Positions 36,453 to 49,675 of a stretch of DNA of 64,000 bases are shown piece by piece. Source of the stretch: Camelus ferus. Its lineage: Eukaryota. Position numbers and translations under genes: made by a program. The notes under the pieces were generated by a model. It was not told the DNA's origin. It was given only the letters and a program-made list of their open reading frames with translations, and did no database searches. Positions within the stretch are counted from its first letter, which is position 1. Every line of letters begins with the position of its first letter. The DNA lies in contig NC_045711.1 in NCBI RefSeq assembly GCF_009834535.1, positions 28,644,001 to 28,708,000 on the forward strand. Reading direction: 5' to 3'.

Positions 36453-37469
36453 CCAGGTACTGTTTTAAAGAATTTATGTTTTTTTATATTATTTAATCTC
36501 CCATATTGGAATCCCAATTTAGACTCCCGCTGAGATCTTCAATACATGTCGGGTCAGAGTTAGCAGGTATTCACAGTGCAGAAATATTATAAGGTTATAT
36601 AGTTGCCAGGGAGCTGAGCTGGGCAAATAGTCTACATAAGCCTCCCTTTTCTTCTTATTTCCACATTCCTTCCCTCTCCCTCTTCCTCCCTCCCTTTCTT
36701 CTTTCCTTCTTTGTTTTCCTTCCTTTCTCCCTATAATAACTTAAATTAATTGGGCCTTTATTATGTGGCACACTCTTCCACACAAATATTTACTGTGGAT
36801 AAGCTTTTTATTGAGTTAATTTTGTCTAAATATAATGCTATCCCATGCCCATTGTAAAAAAAAAATCAAAACACAGAAAAGCATATAAAAGAAAATTGAA
36901 ATCACAACAAGCCCTCTTCCTCCTTGGGGACACTGTCCCCATCATTCTTATTCTTTAGGTCTTTGGTCCATCATTGCTCCTCAAGAGACGTCTTCCCTGT
37001 CAACCCACCCTAAGTGGACCCCTGGCAGTCGTATCCTTCACCTTGTTTGTGGAGCCACCAGAAGCTATCATAACTTGGAATAGTTTTTCTGTGTTTCAAT
37101 ATTCACTTCTCAATCATGTGTTTCTACCATGAGCATGTACAGTCCGCGAGATCAAAGTTCCGATCTGTCTTATTTACCGCTGACTCCCGGAACCTCAGCC
37201 AGCATCTCTCCACGCTGCAATAACCTTGGTAGTGCATTACTTCGTACAAACACACATCTTCCATGAAGTGAAGAGCATTATGTTTTGGTTACCATCTCCA
37301 TTTTATGGATTTATAATTGTAAACATTATTCTGTGGGGTTATCCAAAGCGAGCATTGTTTTAATGATCCCCCACCATCTTATAACTGCGTCATCATTTAT
37401 GAACAAGTGCCCACCTTGTAGATTTTTAGCTTCTTTTAATCTTTTGTAATTGAAGTGATTGGTGTGTTC

Positions 37470-37880
37470 GTTTGACAAATACTAGCTGAACCTGACTGTT
37501 CTGCAACAGGCACTGGGCTTGGCACTTAGATAGTGGATGTAGCGCTAAGAAAAACAGACGTGGTTCATGTGGAACTTATGAGTACATGGAGAAGATGGAC
37601 CCTCAACGTGTATCCATGAATGTACGGAAGAGAGCGAGGGCAAGAGAGTGCTGTGTGATCACACTAAAGGGGCTTGGGCGTGATGAAACTAACTTCTATT
37701 CTTCTAGGGGAACAGAAAGAAGGTGGCTATAGAAAAGTGATATTTAAGCTGAATGAAAGGCGAAGAATGTATTGGATTTAGCTGGAGGGAAGGAAATGTT
37801 GAGGACCTTCAACTAGAGGGGAAAGCAAGGTCAAAGGCCCTGAGGCAGCCCAGAGTGTAATGTGATGAATTGGAAGATGA
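37470..37880 (-). mobile_element. L2 3' fragment
   Basis: Contains gttcgtttgacaaatac...aggcactgggcttggcact...aaaacagac...caaaggccctgaggca. Confidence 0.6.
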
Positions 37881-40412
37881 TCACTATGATCGTGGTTTGG
37901 ATTAAAAAAAAAGTGATTAATATTGTATGGAAATCTTTGGTCCAATTTTTACATATATATTTAGAATAGATTCCTTGAAGTGAAATAATTGGAGTAAACT
38001 TATGGACTTTCCAAAAGTTTCCTGATACAACCAAAGTACTTTGAAGAAAGTTTTCGCCAACTTATTTTTCTGAAAAACGTGTACGAAATTCTTTCTCACT
38101 TTATCTTCTGAAATTTTAACCATCTCATTTTTTTTTAATGAACGTATTTAATGTGTTAGTCACTGGAGTGAAACACTGACAATATCTTTTTTAAGATTTA
38201 ACACGAAAGGTACATCTCCTAAAAGTCTTTCCTGGTTACCTCGACTCACCTAAAACATCTCCCATACGTTATATTTCCTCCTGATTCACATACTCGTTTC
38301 CCACATCATTTGGGGGCTTTAATTCTGATGCTTTGCTGGTCTCTTAATATCGTTTACTGTATTTATCTTTTTTTTCCCAATTAGGTTAAAAGCCACATAA
38401 GGACACTTCAGTACAATGCAATTCAACTAACAGTTTCTGAATTCCTACTTTATAAAAGGGCTAATGCAGAGTGCTGGGTAGGGGAGAAACCAAAATGCAC
38501 GACCTGTGCTCTCAGAGAAAGATAAAACTTGCACAATTAGCAATGACGAGGGCAAGCCTTCTACTCATTCCTTCATCCAGTAAGTAACGCATAATACGGA
38601 TACGCAATAAGTGATCAAATGAAGTTGAAAATTAATGTAATGGAACTCAGGACAGGGAGACCTTTATCACAGCCAGAGAGACCTAGGAAATACTTATGAA
38701 TCAGATGATTGGAGAGAAAGTTTGATGAATCAGGAGGAAAAGTGGACACAGGTGGGGAGAGGAGCCTCTTCGTTGGGGCAGGGGAGGAAAACGTGGCTGC
38801 CACCGTGGCTGAATTATAAAATTTATTGAGACTGCAGGCCAAGGAATTACACCCAGTCCTAAAGGGCTGCCTGAGTTAGGACTTTATTGTCTAATTCTAG
38901 GATGAATGATCACTCCCTAAAAATTTTAGGAAATAGTACGGAGATAATTCCCCATGAACAAAAAGCCCATAGAATCTGGCGGTTGTTACGCTCTGTCAAA
39001 GGACGCAGCTACATTTCCCTTTCCACCCATCATTTTCAAACACAGGTTCTCTTTGTTTGTAGCAAATAAAGGTATAATAAACACTCAGTTCCCTTACCAC
39101 TTGCCCCAGGGCCAGTCTTAAGAGGCTTCTAATAAGACAGAAAAGTGTGTTAGCTTCATAAGCGATGCTTCTCATTTGGAGAGCGAATCACTGTCAGCAG
39201 GTGGGCAAACCAAGTGACAAAGGAGGGGATGATTCATCTAATTTTGAACTCATCCCCTGTTTGATGGCAGCATTTACAAAAGAGTGAGGCAATTGGATTG
39301 CTACCCCAGACATCTGCGACGCTGACAGCCTCTATTCTTCCTAATATAGGACAGAGCGATCTGACAACTGTAAGTGGGGAGGCACTGGGAAAGGATTTCT
39401 CTGGAGCGAGCGGTTAAAATGAATGTGATTACCTAGATGCATGTTTTCATGGACGATTATGCTTCAGTCAATCATGCAGACATCCGTTCGACAAATATTT
39501 AAGAACCTTCTGTTACAGAAACGTATTTTGTGAGATATTGCAGTAAAGATAGGATGATCGTTACAGAAACCTTACCCTCTGGAATTTTATAGCCTGATAG
39601 AAGAAAAATGTCTTTCTTCGAAAGTAAGGCACCTTAGTTAGATTGATTCCTATGAACCTGGTGTTTGCATCTTCAAAGTCTCAACTTTGTCCACAAAATC
39701 CTCACAGACCACCGCCCCCGACCCCCGACCCCAACACACACGTTCTCTACTCTGATTGTCCATTTGGCCCCAGAGAGTGGAAAAACACATTGACTTTTCC
39801 TACGCCTCTCTGAGCAGGTCAGGTTGATGAAGGTTGCAGCTGCACTTTGATTTGCAAATGTGCAACTGGAAATAAAACCACTTATTGGAGTACAGCCCCT
39901 GGTCAGCACTTTGGCAAACTGACAGCATTGGCCAAAACTAGGAGGGTCAGATAGTCATCAGAGAAACGGTAATGACTTCCAGAGGATTATCCTGGTTTTA
40001 TCAGTGTGGAGATTTTGCTGTGATAGGTTTTAAATATATGGCCAGCCTCTTTTTCCGGATGAAGTTAAGCTAACAGTCATCTGGATTCTGCTTTCTCTCG
40101 GATACATTTTATTTTCTCCATGTCTGTAGGAAAGGCTCCCACCAGTCCTTTATTTATATAAGCAAATAAAAGGTCAGCTATAAAGAATGCTTCCTTCCCT
40201 CACTTGTGTTTGATAAATGCTTGTGTTTTAATTCAACAGATTAGGGAGAAACTGAATCACAAACATCCATGTGTCCTGGTTGTCAAGTTCACCTCCCTCA
40301 AATGTTAGGAATAGTGTCTGGAAAGGGACCCATACAGAGTTTACGGATAAATGTACACAAGCTGGGATCCTTTCCTATGTAGTGAGCATTTCTACAGCAG
40401 CTGAGAGTAATT

Positions 40413-40497
40413 CTCTTCCTCCCTTCCTCCCTCCCTTCCTTCCTTCCTCCCTTCCTCCCTCCCTTCCTTCCTTCCTCCCTCCCTCCCTTCCTGCCTT
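40413..40497. repeat. (CCTT/CCCT)n polypyrimidine repeat
   Basis: Pure C/T tract of CCTT and CCCT units. Confidence 0.95.
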
Positions 40498-43149
40498 TCA
40501 TTTTCTTTCTTACTCACTCCAGCGATTCCTGCAGCATTATCCCAACTGAGGCTGAATCTGCAAATTGCGAAGCACTAGCCTCACAGGTGCCTCCTCTGTT
40601 TTTGCTCTGGATGACTGCCCACTCCCGTCCTGTAATAGCTGTTGCTCTACGCTCCCTCCGTCTGCTGCTCTCGCCCCTGAATGATGGAACGGGTGGCGGC
40701 GGCAGCAGCAGCAAAGCCTTCACTCAGGCTGGTCTCCTCGCTCCAAAACGTACCTATTAAATTGTGGTCACAGAAAGCTTAGCGAGGCACAAAGGATAAT
40801 CTCTCAAATAGGGGTGAGCAGACCCTGAAGCCAAGCCCTCCATGGGCAGCATCTCAATCCTCAAAGGTTTTCAAAGGATGGTTTTGAGGATCTCTGTGCT
40901 GCCTGTTCACCAAAACGACTGCAAACGACTTGCAGTAAAGGATGTAATAACACCTCGAAACACGCGTTGCCCGCTTTGACCAGTTGAAGCAATTTGTATA
41001 TTGTAATGTATTACAAAAGAGATTGAATAAAAACATGTATTTCCCCCCCCCCAATCTGCACCTTAACTGAAATCATTCTGACAGTAACAGACAGAGAGGA
41101 GGAGTGGAGAGGGAAAAACACCAAGTGTGTTTACGTTGCCAGTTGTGTTTATGCTACAACAAAAATGAATCAATTATGCTTTTCACAAATGAGTGTTTCT
41201 AGAAATCTCAGGGGGATAGGTTCAAGGGCACTTTGGTGTGGCATCTGCTCTTTATTTGTTTAGCAAACACGTGCTGAAAAGAGAGAGGCCGAGGTGGCAG
41301 AGAAAGAGAGATGAAATAAGGACAAGAGAAAATTCATTTGAAGGTCAAGTGACATCTCCCAGTCACCCTGCCACTTATTTTAGTCGCCGATTCATGCTCA
41401 GTACAGTCGGCCGTTCTCCCACACAACAGTGAGGAAGGAGAACAGACCAGCTCCGCAAGCTGGCGGAGACAGATGAAGAGGGTTAACAGAGAACTTCAGG
41501 AAACTACACAGATCTGTTGCACTGGGTCTATCTCACCGGGAACAATCACTTTAATCTCTCTATTTTTCTTCCCTTTTGCTTTTTTTCTTTTGCAGTTCAA
41601 AGTGTTGCTAGCTGAGGTACAGAAAGTCACTCGAGAAGTAAGAAGCTTGTTCATTTTATTAATGCTCATTTTATTTTAAATATGAAAGCTCGCAGAAATG
41701 ATCCCTGCTATCGTATTTTGTTCAGTGAGACAAAGAGGGAAGATATTTCATTCAGTCTCTTTATAACCGTGCATGCTCTGGCACCAAAATAAGCAAATTC
41801 AAACGCGTATTTTCCAACATTGCATGTACCTTGGGCGTAGAGCGGTGGGACTCGGGGTGGGAATAGGACTCGCGGTGGAGAAAGGTTACTCTCTGCTGTT
41901 ACAGGTCTAAGAAACCAGTCTTTTGCAAAAGTGATCTGGAGGCAACTTACAATAAAAGTTCCAAATACTATAAAATAAAAATATTAAAGTAAGGAAAAAC
42001 ATAAACTATTTGGGGGAACAATAAAAATGTGAATGCAGTTTTGTTTTGTTTTGACCAGAATGCCATTGAAGATCACAGAAAATTGAGATGGGTGTAGACT
42101 GGAGACATGATCTTGCTCTAGAAGAGTGAATACCTTTGAATGGACCCAAGAATCAAGTTCATTTCATTAAATAATTTACTAGGATTGCTGCTACTGTCAT
42201 TATTGCAAAGTCAGGTGTCTTTAACATCTTTTGCAAAGACCGAAAGAAGAGGAATACGGATTGACAAACGGTGGGAAATCCAATCAGCTAGCTGGAGTGA
42301 GAAGTGAATTCCGGATTCCTGTATCCCAGGCTGAGGATTTTTATGATAGATTTACATCAAGTTAGGTTAGAGAATCAGATGATCAAATAACTGCTTTTAA
42401 CTCTTCTTTTTTTTCCCCAAAGCTCTTTGCATCTTGAGCACTTGCCCTATTACTTCTCCCTTCCCCCACCCCCCCATTGGTCCTCCATTCCCCACCCCTA
42501 CGCTAGATGGTGAACAACTGGATATCAAATAGGACATCTTACATCTCCTTGGCTTCCCGGTACCCAGCAACACGCCCGGTTTGCAATAGGTGCTCAATAC
42601 TTGGTTTAGGGGATAAGTCAAATAAAGCCTGGGTAACGAGGTCCATCCACTCCTGAGACGGATTGAGATACGTCAGCAGTGACATCTGCAAAAATGCAGC
42701 GATGACCCAGTAGATGGGAGTTATAAACAATATTCCAATGAGAGCAATTTGCTTCCACTTTAATGGGTTCTCAAATATCGAATAAGGAGATCTGTGCGGG
42801 TTACTGCCCATACATGGTAAATGCCATCAGAGTTTTGTTATTTTTTTTCATATGCATCATAGCCTTACCTTATCAAAACATTATCACATTGACTACATTT
42901 CCTTAATTTAGCCACACACCTACTGTTACTATTTCACAAATGAAAAAACAAAAGCACTGCCTCCCTTCATGGTCCAGGTCCTTCCTAGACTTGCTATTTT
43001 AAACTCTTACAATAACTTGGAGGAAGTTACTTTTCATTCTGTTTTACAAACAACTGAAATTCGGAGAGAAGAAAAACTATCCCCCAGGTGATGCACGTGG
43101 TAAATGGTGGAGCTGGGGTTTGAATCGATGAGCGTGTTCTGTTTTTCAT

Positions 43150-43480
43150 TTTAGTGTTGTGTTTACTTTCCATGTTACCACATGTATTATGTTAACCTAT
43201 GTATGGGATTATTTGTATGGTAGAAACACACACATACATGTTTCCTGGTATAGGTGTTTAATGTTTGGGGTGTGTACCCAGGCAGGATGTGCACATTTTC
43301 AACTTTTCTAATGAAATTAATCTCTAAAATGGTAATGCCAACTGCATCCTCTTTTCAGCAGTGTCATGAAAGTTTCCACTGTTCTATATTTTCCCCCAAT
43401 ATTTGGAATTGGCAGACTTGGATTTTTTCCAATCTGGTGGCTGGCTGTTTTAATTTGAGAATCTCTTTGTACTTTTACAC
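43150..43480 (-). mobile_element. Old L1ME fragment
   Basis: Contains gggtgtgtacccagg...cagcagtgtcatgaaagtttccactgttc...ttttccaatctggtgg, the antisense L1ME pattern. Confidence 0.6.
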
Positions 43481-45094
43481 TATGTTTAGGCTCTTCCACA
43501 CCATCTCCCCAGGAAGAAATAATGTGCCTGGGGTCCACCGGTAGCCAAGCCCTAATCCAAGCACCAAGCACCAGGACGCACCATCCTGTGACTAACACCG
43601 TGAGCGTGCCTGCCCCCCCAGAGAGGGAATGAGATGGGCATTGCAGCAATAACAGACTTTGGGCAAGGAATGGAAGGGGGGATTAAAATTCTTCCTCTCC
43701 CCTGTCTCTGGCACAGTGCTGCACTCAGACCTCGGCAAAATCCTAGGGAACCTGGTGTTTTCACTGGAGGATGCTTGCGAATTGCTGTTGCTCACATTTC
43801 CTTGTCTGAGTTTATGAGAATTCTCAGTACAACAAAGGCCAGAGTTCCTGTCCACAAAATAGATTACAATCTATCAGTGTGAACAGGACAATGCAGCTGG
43901 TGCAGCAGAAACTCCGTCCTCGTTCATAAACACTTCGTTGGCCTTAGAACACTTGTGACTGACAGCAGGCGTGTTTTCACAGCTCCTTCCAAAAATAAAA
44001 TAGCAGGGGGAAAAAAAAATCAGTAAAGTCATAACGGCCCCGTTTCCCAAACTCAAAAACACAGTGATATTTTTGCTTTCGATTTGGAGAAGTTCCCCAT
44101 TGAGACATAAGTTCCCAGATACTAAAGAAAAGAATGGATTCGAAGTAGCGTAAAACCCGGGAACCACAGAAAGGAGTCACGTCTCCTCCGCAGACAAGGA
44201 GAAGCAACAGACATGATTTCCTTGGATTTATTTAACTCCGGATTCTTTTATTCTTTAAAGTACGGGTGCTTGATAAAAGCACATGAAGAAGCCCAACATT
44301 AAATCTCAGTCTTCCGAGTATTGATCTGAATGCGTATAATTGACTTGTTTCCATGCACAATGCTTAAGAAAAGATGCCATTGATTCAAATTAATTGGGCT
44401 CATTAGCTCATTGGTCAATGAACTGACTTTCTCTCACGATGGTTCCCTCAATCCTGGAAAGAAATAGAGTTCAACGTTTACCAAAAAGAAAAAAAAAAAA
44501 AAAATCAACAGTTTCCAATGCCACTGAACTAAACTGCTCAAATTAGCTTTTCGTTTTTAACTTCACTTATTCTTATTTCGCTGTGTCATTATACAAGAAA
44601 CAGATTTGCCTTAACATTTTTAAAATGCAGGAATAAAGAAAACAAGACGCAGAAAAATATTTCACTAAACCTCATTCCATGGCCTTCCATAGAAGTGACC
44701 ACGATTTTTTCAAGCTTCTTTCCAGATATATACTTAGAATTCTTGCACATGGTTTGGATTTTGTATCTCTTGACCTGCATGACATTTTATTCTGTAATTT
44801 GCTATTGTTTTCTTAACAACATATCCTAGAAAAATTTGATTATTTTATATGTTTGTATGATAACCTACAGTGGAGGAAGAGTCTGGTTCATTTTATGATC
44901 CCCCTCGTCGTGAATAAACATTTAGATCGCGGCTAGTTTTTGCTACTGTACTAACAGCGCTGCAAGAAATGTCCTCGTGATATCCTGGTGAATGTTTTTC
45001 TTGTGTCTGAAGTTTCCAGATTATCTGACTCTTCAAACCAAAGTCTAGAATCTATGCATTACTAATTTAAACTGAAGGGCAGGGAAGGGTGGTC

Positions 45095-45360
45095 CAGTGC
45101 AGTAACTACTGCTAACTTCCGTTGAGTACTAATTGTTTCCCAGGTCCTATTTAAGTTCCTTACAGGCATTAACTAAATGACCTGTAAAATGACCCTATAA
45201 GGTAGCTAATATTATTAGCCTTATTTTGTATACAGGGACACTGAGGCTTAAGAGGGTTAACTACATTGCTGAAAGTCCTAAAAACTAGTAAACAGGAGAA
45301 CAGATTTGGACCCGTACAGAGACGAGGATCCTGTACCTCTAACCATTATCCTGCACTGCC
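45095..45360. mobile_element. MIR SINE
   Basis: Contains ccctataaggtag...ccttattttgtatacagggacactgaggcttaagagggttaa...ctcttaaccatta-like end. Confidence 0.7.
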
Positions 45361-45697
45361 CCTCAGCATGACTAGTTAAGGAATCAGCAAAGTAATGAAA
45401 GGAAGTTCTTGGGCAACTTCAGTGTCTACAGTTGTTTGGGGATGGGGAGAGGCTGTGTGGGACTCGTGTGGTGACATCTGAAGTGTATAAGAAGCGTACA
45501 CCAGAAAGGACGTGGAGGCTCGGTCAGCCCAGAGGAAAGAGATTTTCAGAGAGTAGCTAAGGAAGTCAGACTCTTTAAAATATTCGGATGGATTCCAATG
45601 ACACAGTTTTATTCTTTACACATGTGTCCCTGGAAGATACTTTCATGATGTTACATTTTAAGGATGTCAAGAATCTGGAATGTATCCAGAAAAAGGC

Positions 45698-45698
45698 A

Positions 45699-45725
<27 letters not shown>
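45698..45725 (+). repeat. Poly-A tract
   Basis: Uninterrupted run of about 28 A. Confidence 0.9.
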
Positions 45726-45729
<4 letters not shown>

Positions 45730-48254
45730 AGAAAGTAAATCCTAAGAATAAAAGCCAAAGAGTTGTTCAGAGAGTTGCTCTGTGGTTCTTTACTACTCAC
45801 TGGGCACGTGGCCCTGTGCTGGGTGTTGAGGCAGGAGTGAAGGTGAAATTGTCTAGACACGGTTCCCCTAAGAAGCTGCTTGTTAAGTTATAATGGAGAT
45901 GTGACCTGGGGCTAACTACTGAGCGGTGGTACAGGGGTCTCACAGACAAAATGAGTGAGTGACACGAAGCATTTACGGGACACCCACTTCGTGCAGACAC
46001 CGTCCATAGAGTCAGGCTTTCTGCCCTGAGTGATGCCATCGTGCGCCAGGACCCATGGCTAATGACTGATCCGAACGCACATTCCTCACTCCAGAGCACC
46101 TTGTTTGGAAAAAGAGAAGAGAAATGAAAAGTAATTACTCTTTTCCTCAGAAGAGGTCCACAGAGTGGACAGTTAATTAATCGAGGGAGATTTCAGATCA
46201 CTCTACTGAAGAACTTTGTGTTAGATGAAAAATTCTTTATAGAGAGAAGACTCATTCTAAAAGAACGTGTGTAACTAGGGTTAATATTTGTACAGTTGGC
46301 TCCAGAAGACTCATATTGCTTGCTGAAATATTGAAATACATCTAGATTGTGTTACACGTGGCCACTGTCCCGGGTCCCCCGACTTGCATGCAATACACCA
46401 GCCACCACGGTGGTACCCCTGCGTACCCCCACTATCCAGCAATAAATGGTAGTCGCATCTAAAACAAAAAGGGTTGTCCAGAATCCTCCTTCCGAGACAC
46501 TGCCGCTGTCCGTTCTGATTGGTTGATGCCCACGCCATAACACTTATTTTCATTTTGAATATTTCTATACATAACCATCCGACCTTAGACGTTCTGGAAA
46601 AAAAAAAAACCCTTTATCATGTTCCCTCTCAAGGTCCCCCCTTCATCCCCATAAACATGATCTTATGTTACTCAGTAGGGGATTTGTTAAGTCTGCATTT
46701 CCAACAGGTGCTGAATTCAAGCCAGAGAAGCGTTCTTTTTGTTGTCTTTAAACAAACAAACAAACAAACAAAAACCGGGTTTTGTATTATCATCGTGTTG
46801 GTTTTCTTTCTATTAGCATGCCTAAAGAGGAGTCAGTATTGGGATCCCAATCTTAGGAATCCTAAACTTCAGGATAATAGAGTCCTATCTCAGAGTGACG
46901 TGTGAAGCCCGCAAACACCCACTAATTGAAATCTTGACTATTACAAGTGCAATCTGAAATGTCTGAGAAATACTCAGGCGGACAGATAAAGGCGACAGGA
47001 ACACCACCAGCAGACGGGGATGGGCATCTACCTGCAGGCACACGGGAAGTACCAAATGCCACGGAATCAAGCTTCCGGTTCTTTGTTTCTTTTAATCTGG
47101 AAATAAAGGGAAAGGGAGGCGCAGCACTGACGTCCGGATGTCTCAGTAAGTATGCTGCTAATGCTAGTTTTCTCATTCAGCCACATCCCCTTTAGGGACA
47201 TGCGGAAGAAAAGGAAAGATTAGGTTAAGTAGGCGGCATGACCAGAAGCAGCCAGTGCGATCCCACAGGGGTTAATTTGTTCATCTGGCTTTCCTCTAAG
47301 GCCGGGCATCGTTTTTGTAACTCATAAAAGATAAATACTCCCAAAGAGACTGTGGAGGAGAAAGGCAAGTTGGCGCAATGGAGCAAATGCTTTACCCATC
47401 TTGCAGATAGGACTTCCGGGGACTTCAAGAAAGTCTATTGCTATGTGTGTGTGCGACGTCCACGCGGGCACGCAGCCCAGGGTCAGGGCCCACGTGTCTG
47501 CTGAGGTGAGGGGAAACCAGCGGGAGCAAGGGCAGGTGACATGTTCAGCAAACCTGCTGTTCTTCTCATCCAGGGGGAAGACAACAGTTCTGAATCTCAA
47601 GTGCATTCCTGCGCCCACACCCCTATTTATTTACAATAATTTTTGGCTGTAAATTGTAGTGATCCGTATCATTTATAAGGGGCCGTTTATATAACCTGTC
47701 AGCCCTCAGCTTCCATCTCTAGCCCACTCCACTTTCCAAGAGGAGTGAAACACTTTCCTCTCCTACACAGCCTGCAACTTTGCACTTGTCACTTTTGGTT
47801 CTCTGTGTCTCTGCCCAGTGTGGAAGGAACTATCGTCTGGAAGTGATTCATGTCGTCTGCTTTCTTAAACTTAGTGGTCATTTCTATGATGTCGGAACGA
47901 ACCCATACTCCCCCATCACCCTCACAGTCACAGGCAAACAGGACTCTGTCACCATCCAGCCTCCTGCTGACAGTATGCGGTCAAGAATGGCTTCAGAAGA
48001 ATACGAGATTTGAACACTTGGTTGTTACAGTTCTTGATTTTAATCTTGAATTCAAATTATGAGTGACCTTGGCAAGTTTTATTTCTTTATTTGGAACAGT
48101 ACAAGAGAACTATTTTTCAGAGTTAGTGTGAGGATGAAATGAGGTTATTTGAGGCATAGAGTCTAGCACAATGCAAATATTCAATAAATATCCAGTAAGA
48201 TTGTTATTGTCTGAAAAACCAACAATAACAAAAACAACAATCAAGAATGATATT

Positions 48255-48963
48255 CTATGCAGTTTGGTGCAGCCATTGTGGAAACAGTATAGAGATTCCT
48301 CAAAAGACTGAAAAACAGACTTACCATATGACCCAGCAATCCCACTCCTGGGCATATATCCAGAAGGAACCCTAATTCATANNNNNNNNNNNNNNNNNNN
48401 NNNNNNNNNNNNNNNNNNNNNNNNNNNNNNNNNNNNNNNNNNNNNNNNNNNNNNNNNNNNNNNNNNNNNNNNNNNNNNNNNNNNNNNNNNNNNNNNNNNN
48501 NNNNNNNNNNNNNNNNNNNNNNNNNNNNNNNNNNNNNNTTTGCAGCAACATGGATGTCCCTGGAGAATGTCATTCTAAGTGAAGTAAGCCAGAAAGGGAA
48601 AGAAAAATGCCATATGAGATCACTCGTATGTGGAATCTAAAAAAAAAAAAAGACAAATGAACTTATATATAAAACAGAAACAGACTCACGGACACAGAAT
48701 ACAGACTTGTGGTTGCCGGGGGGAGGCAGGTGGGAAGGGGTAAACTGGGAGTATAAGATTTGCAGATACTGACTGGTATACATAAAATAGATAAACAAGT
48801 TTATACTGTATAGTACAGGGAAATATATTCAGTATCCTGTGGTAGCTCATGGTGAAAAAGAATATGAAAGTGAATATATGTATATTCATGTATGACTGAA
48901 GAATTGTGCTGAATACCAGAAATGGACACAACATTGTAAACTGACTATAACTCAAAAAAAAAA
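48255..48963 (+). mobile_element. Young lineage-specific L1 3' fragment with 12-bp TSD, spanning an N gap
   Basis: Contains ccatatgacccagcaatcccactcctgggcatatatcc (ORF2 end), a 3' UTR and an A tail. TSD AAGAATGATATT at 48243-48254 and 48964-48975. Confidence 0.95.
48382..48538. other. Assembly gap (157 N)
   Basis: N run inside the young L1 fragment. Confidence 1.
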
Positions 48964-49574
48964 AAGAATGATATTTCATTGCCCACCTAACTTCTCAGTA
49001 AAAAAAGAGGCAAAGAATTCAGATGCCAAGTTAAAAAGTAATGTAGATACCAATTCTTCCATTTTTGAGATGAAGTCATTGAGGCTCTAGACAAAATGAA
49101 CAATGATTCTGATTTCTGTAATCTTTCAATTACTACAGAGCCAAAAGGATCCACCGGGTCCTAACCATTACTGGGTGATCTGTAAGAAACATTATATTCT
49201 GAATCGATATCCTTGGGTGTTTTTGAAACTTCTGTATCATATCTTTTCATAGTCACTCAGCCCTGGCCAGTTTGAACTCAAAGAACTAAGTTCATTTTCA
49301 TTTTAGCTGGAAGGATCCATATTCCTACAAGGCAAGCCAAGATCTATGGGGAAAAAATAACACAAATCTAAGGCTTTTAAATTTAAAATTATTTTAGATT
49401 TAAATTTTAAATGATTTTTTTGTTTTGTCTAGCATGGGCAAATGTTCTTTCCATTGAGAAATTGATATGATAGATCAATATGGAAATCTCAAGTCTTTTC
49501 TGAATTCATTCAGAGACTACCAGTTACCATATGCCTTAGTTAGCAGCAGCAAGGAGAGGCGTGTTTCTTTGGAA

Positions 49575-49675
49575 CACACACACTCACACGCACTTCTATG
49601 CACTCACGTGGGTTCACACATGCACACACACTTGTAACTCACATATACTCCCACACACACACAGTCACACATAGT
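49575..49675. repeat. Degenerate (CA)n repeat
   Basis: acacacacactcacacgcac...cacacacacagtcacacat. Confidence 0.8.
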
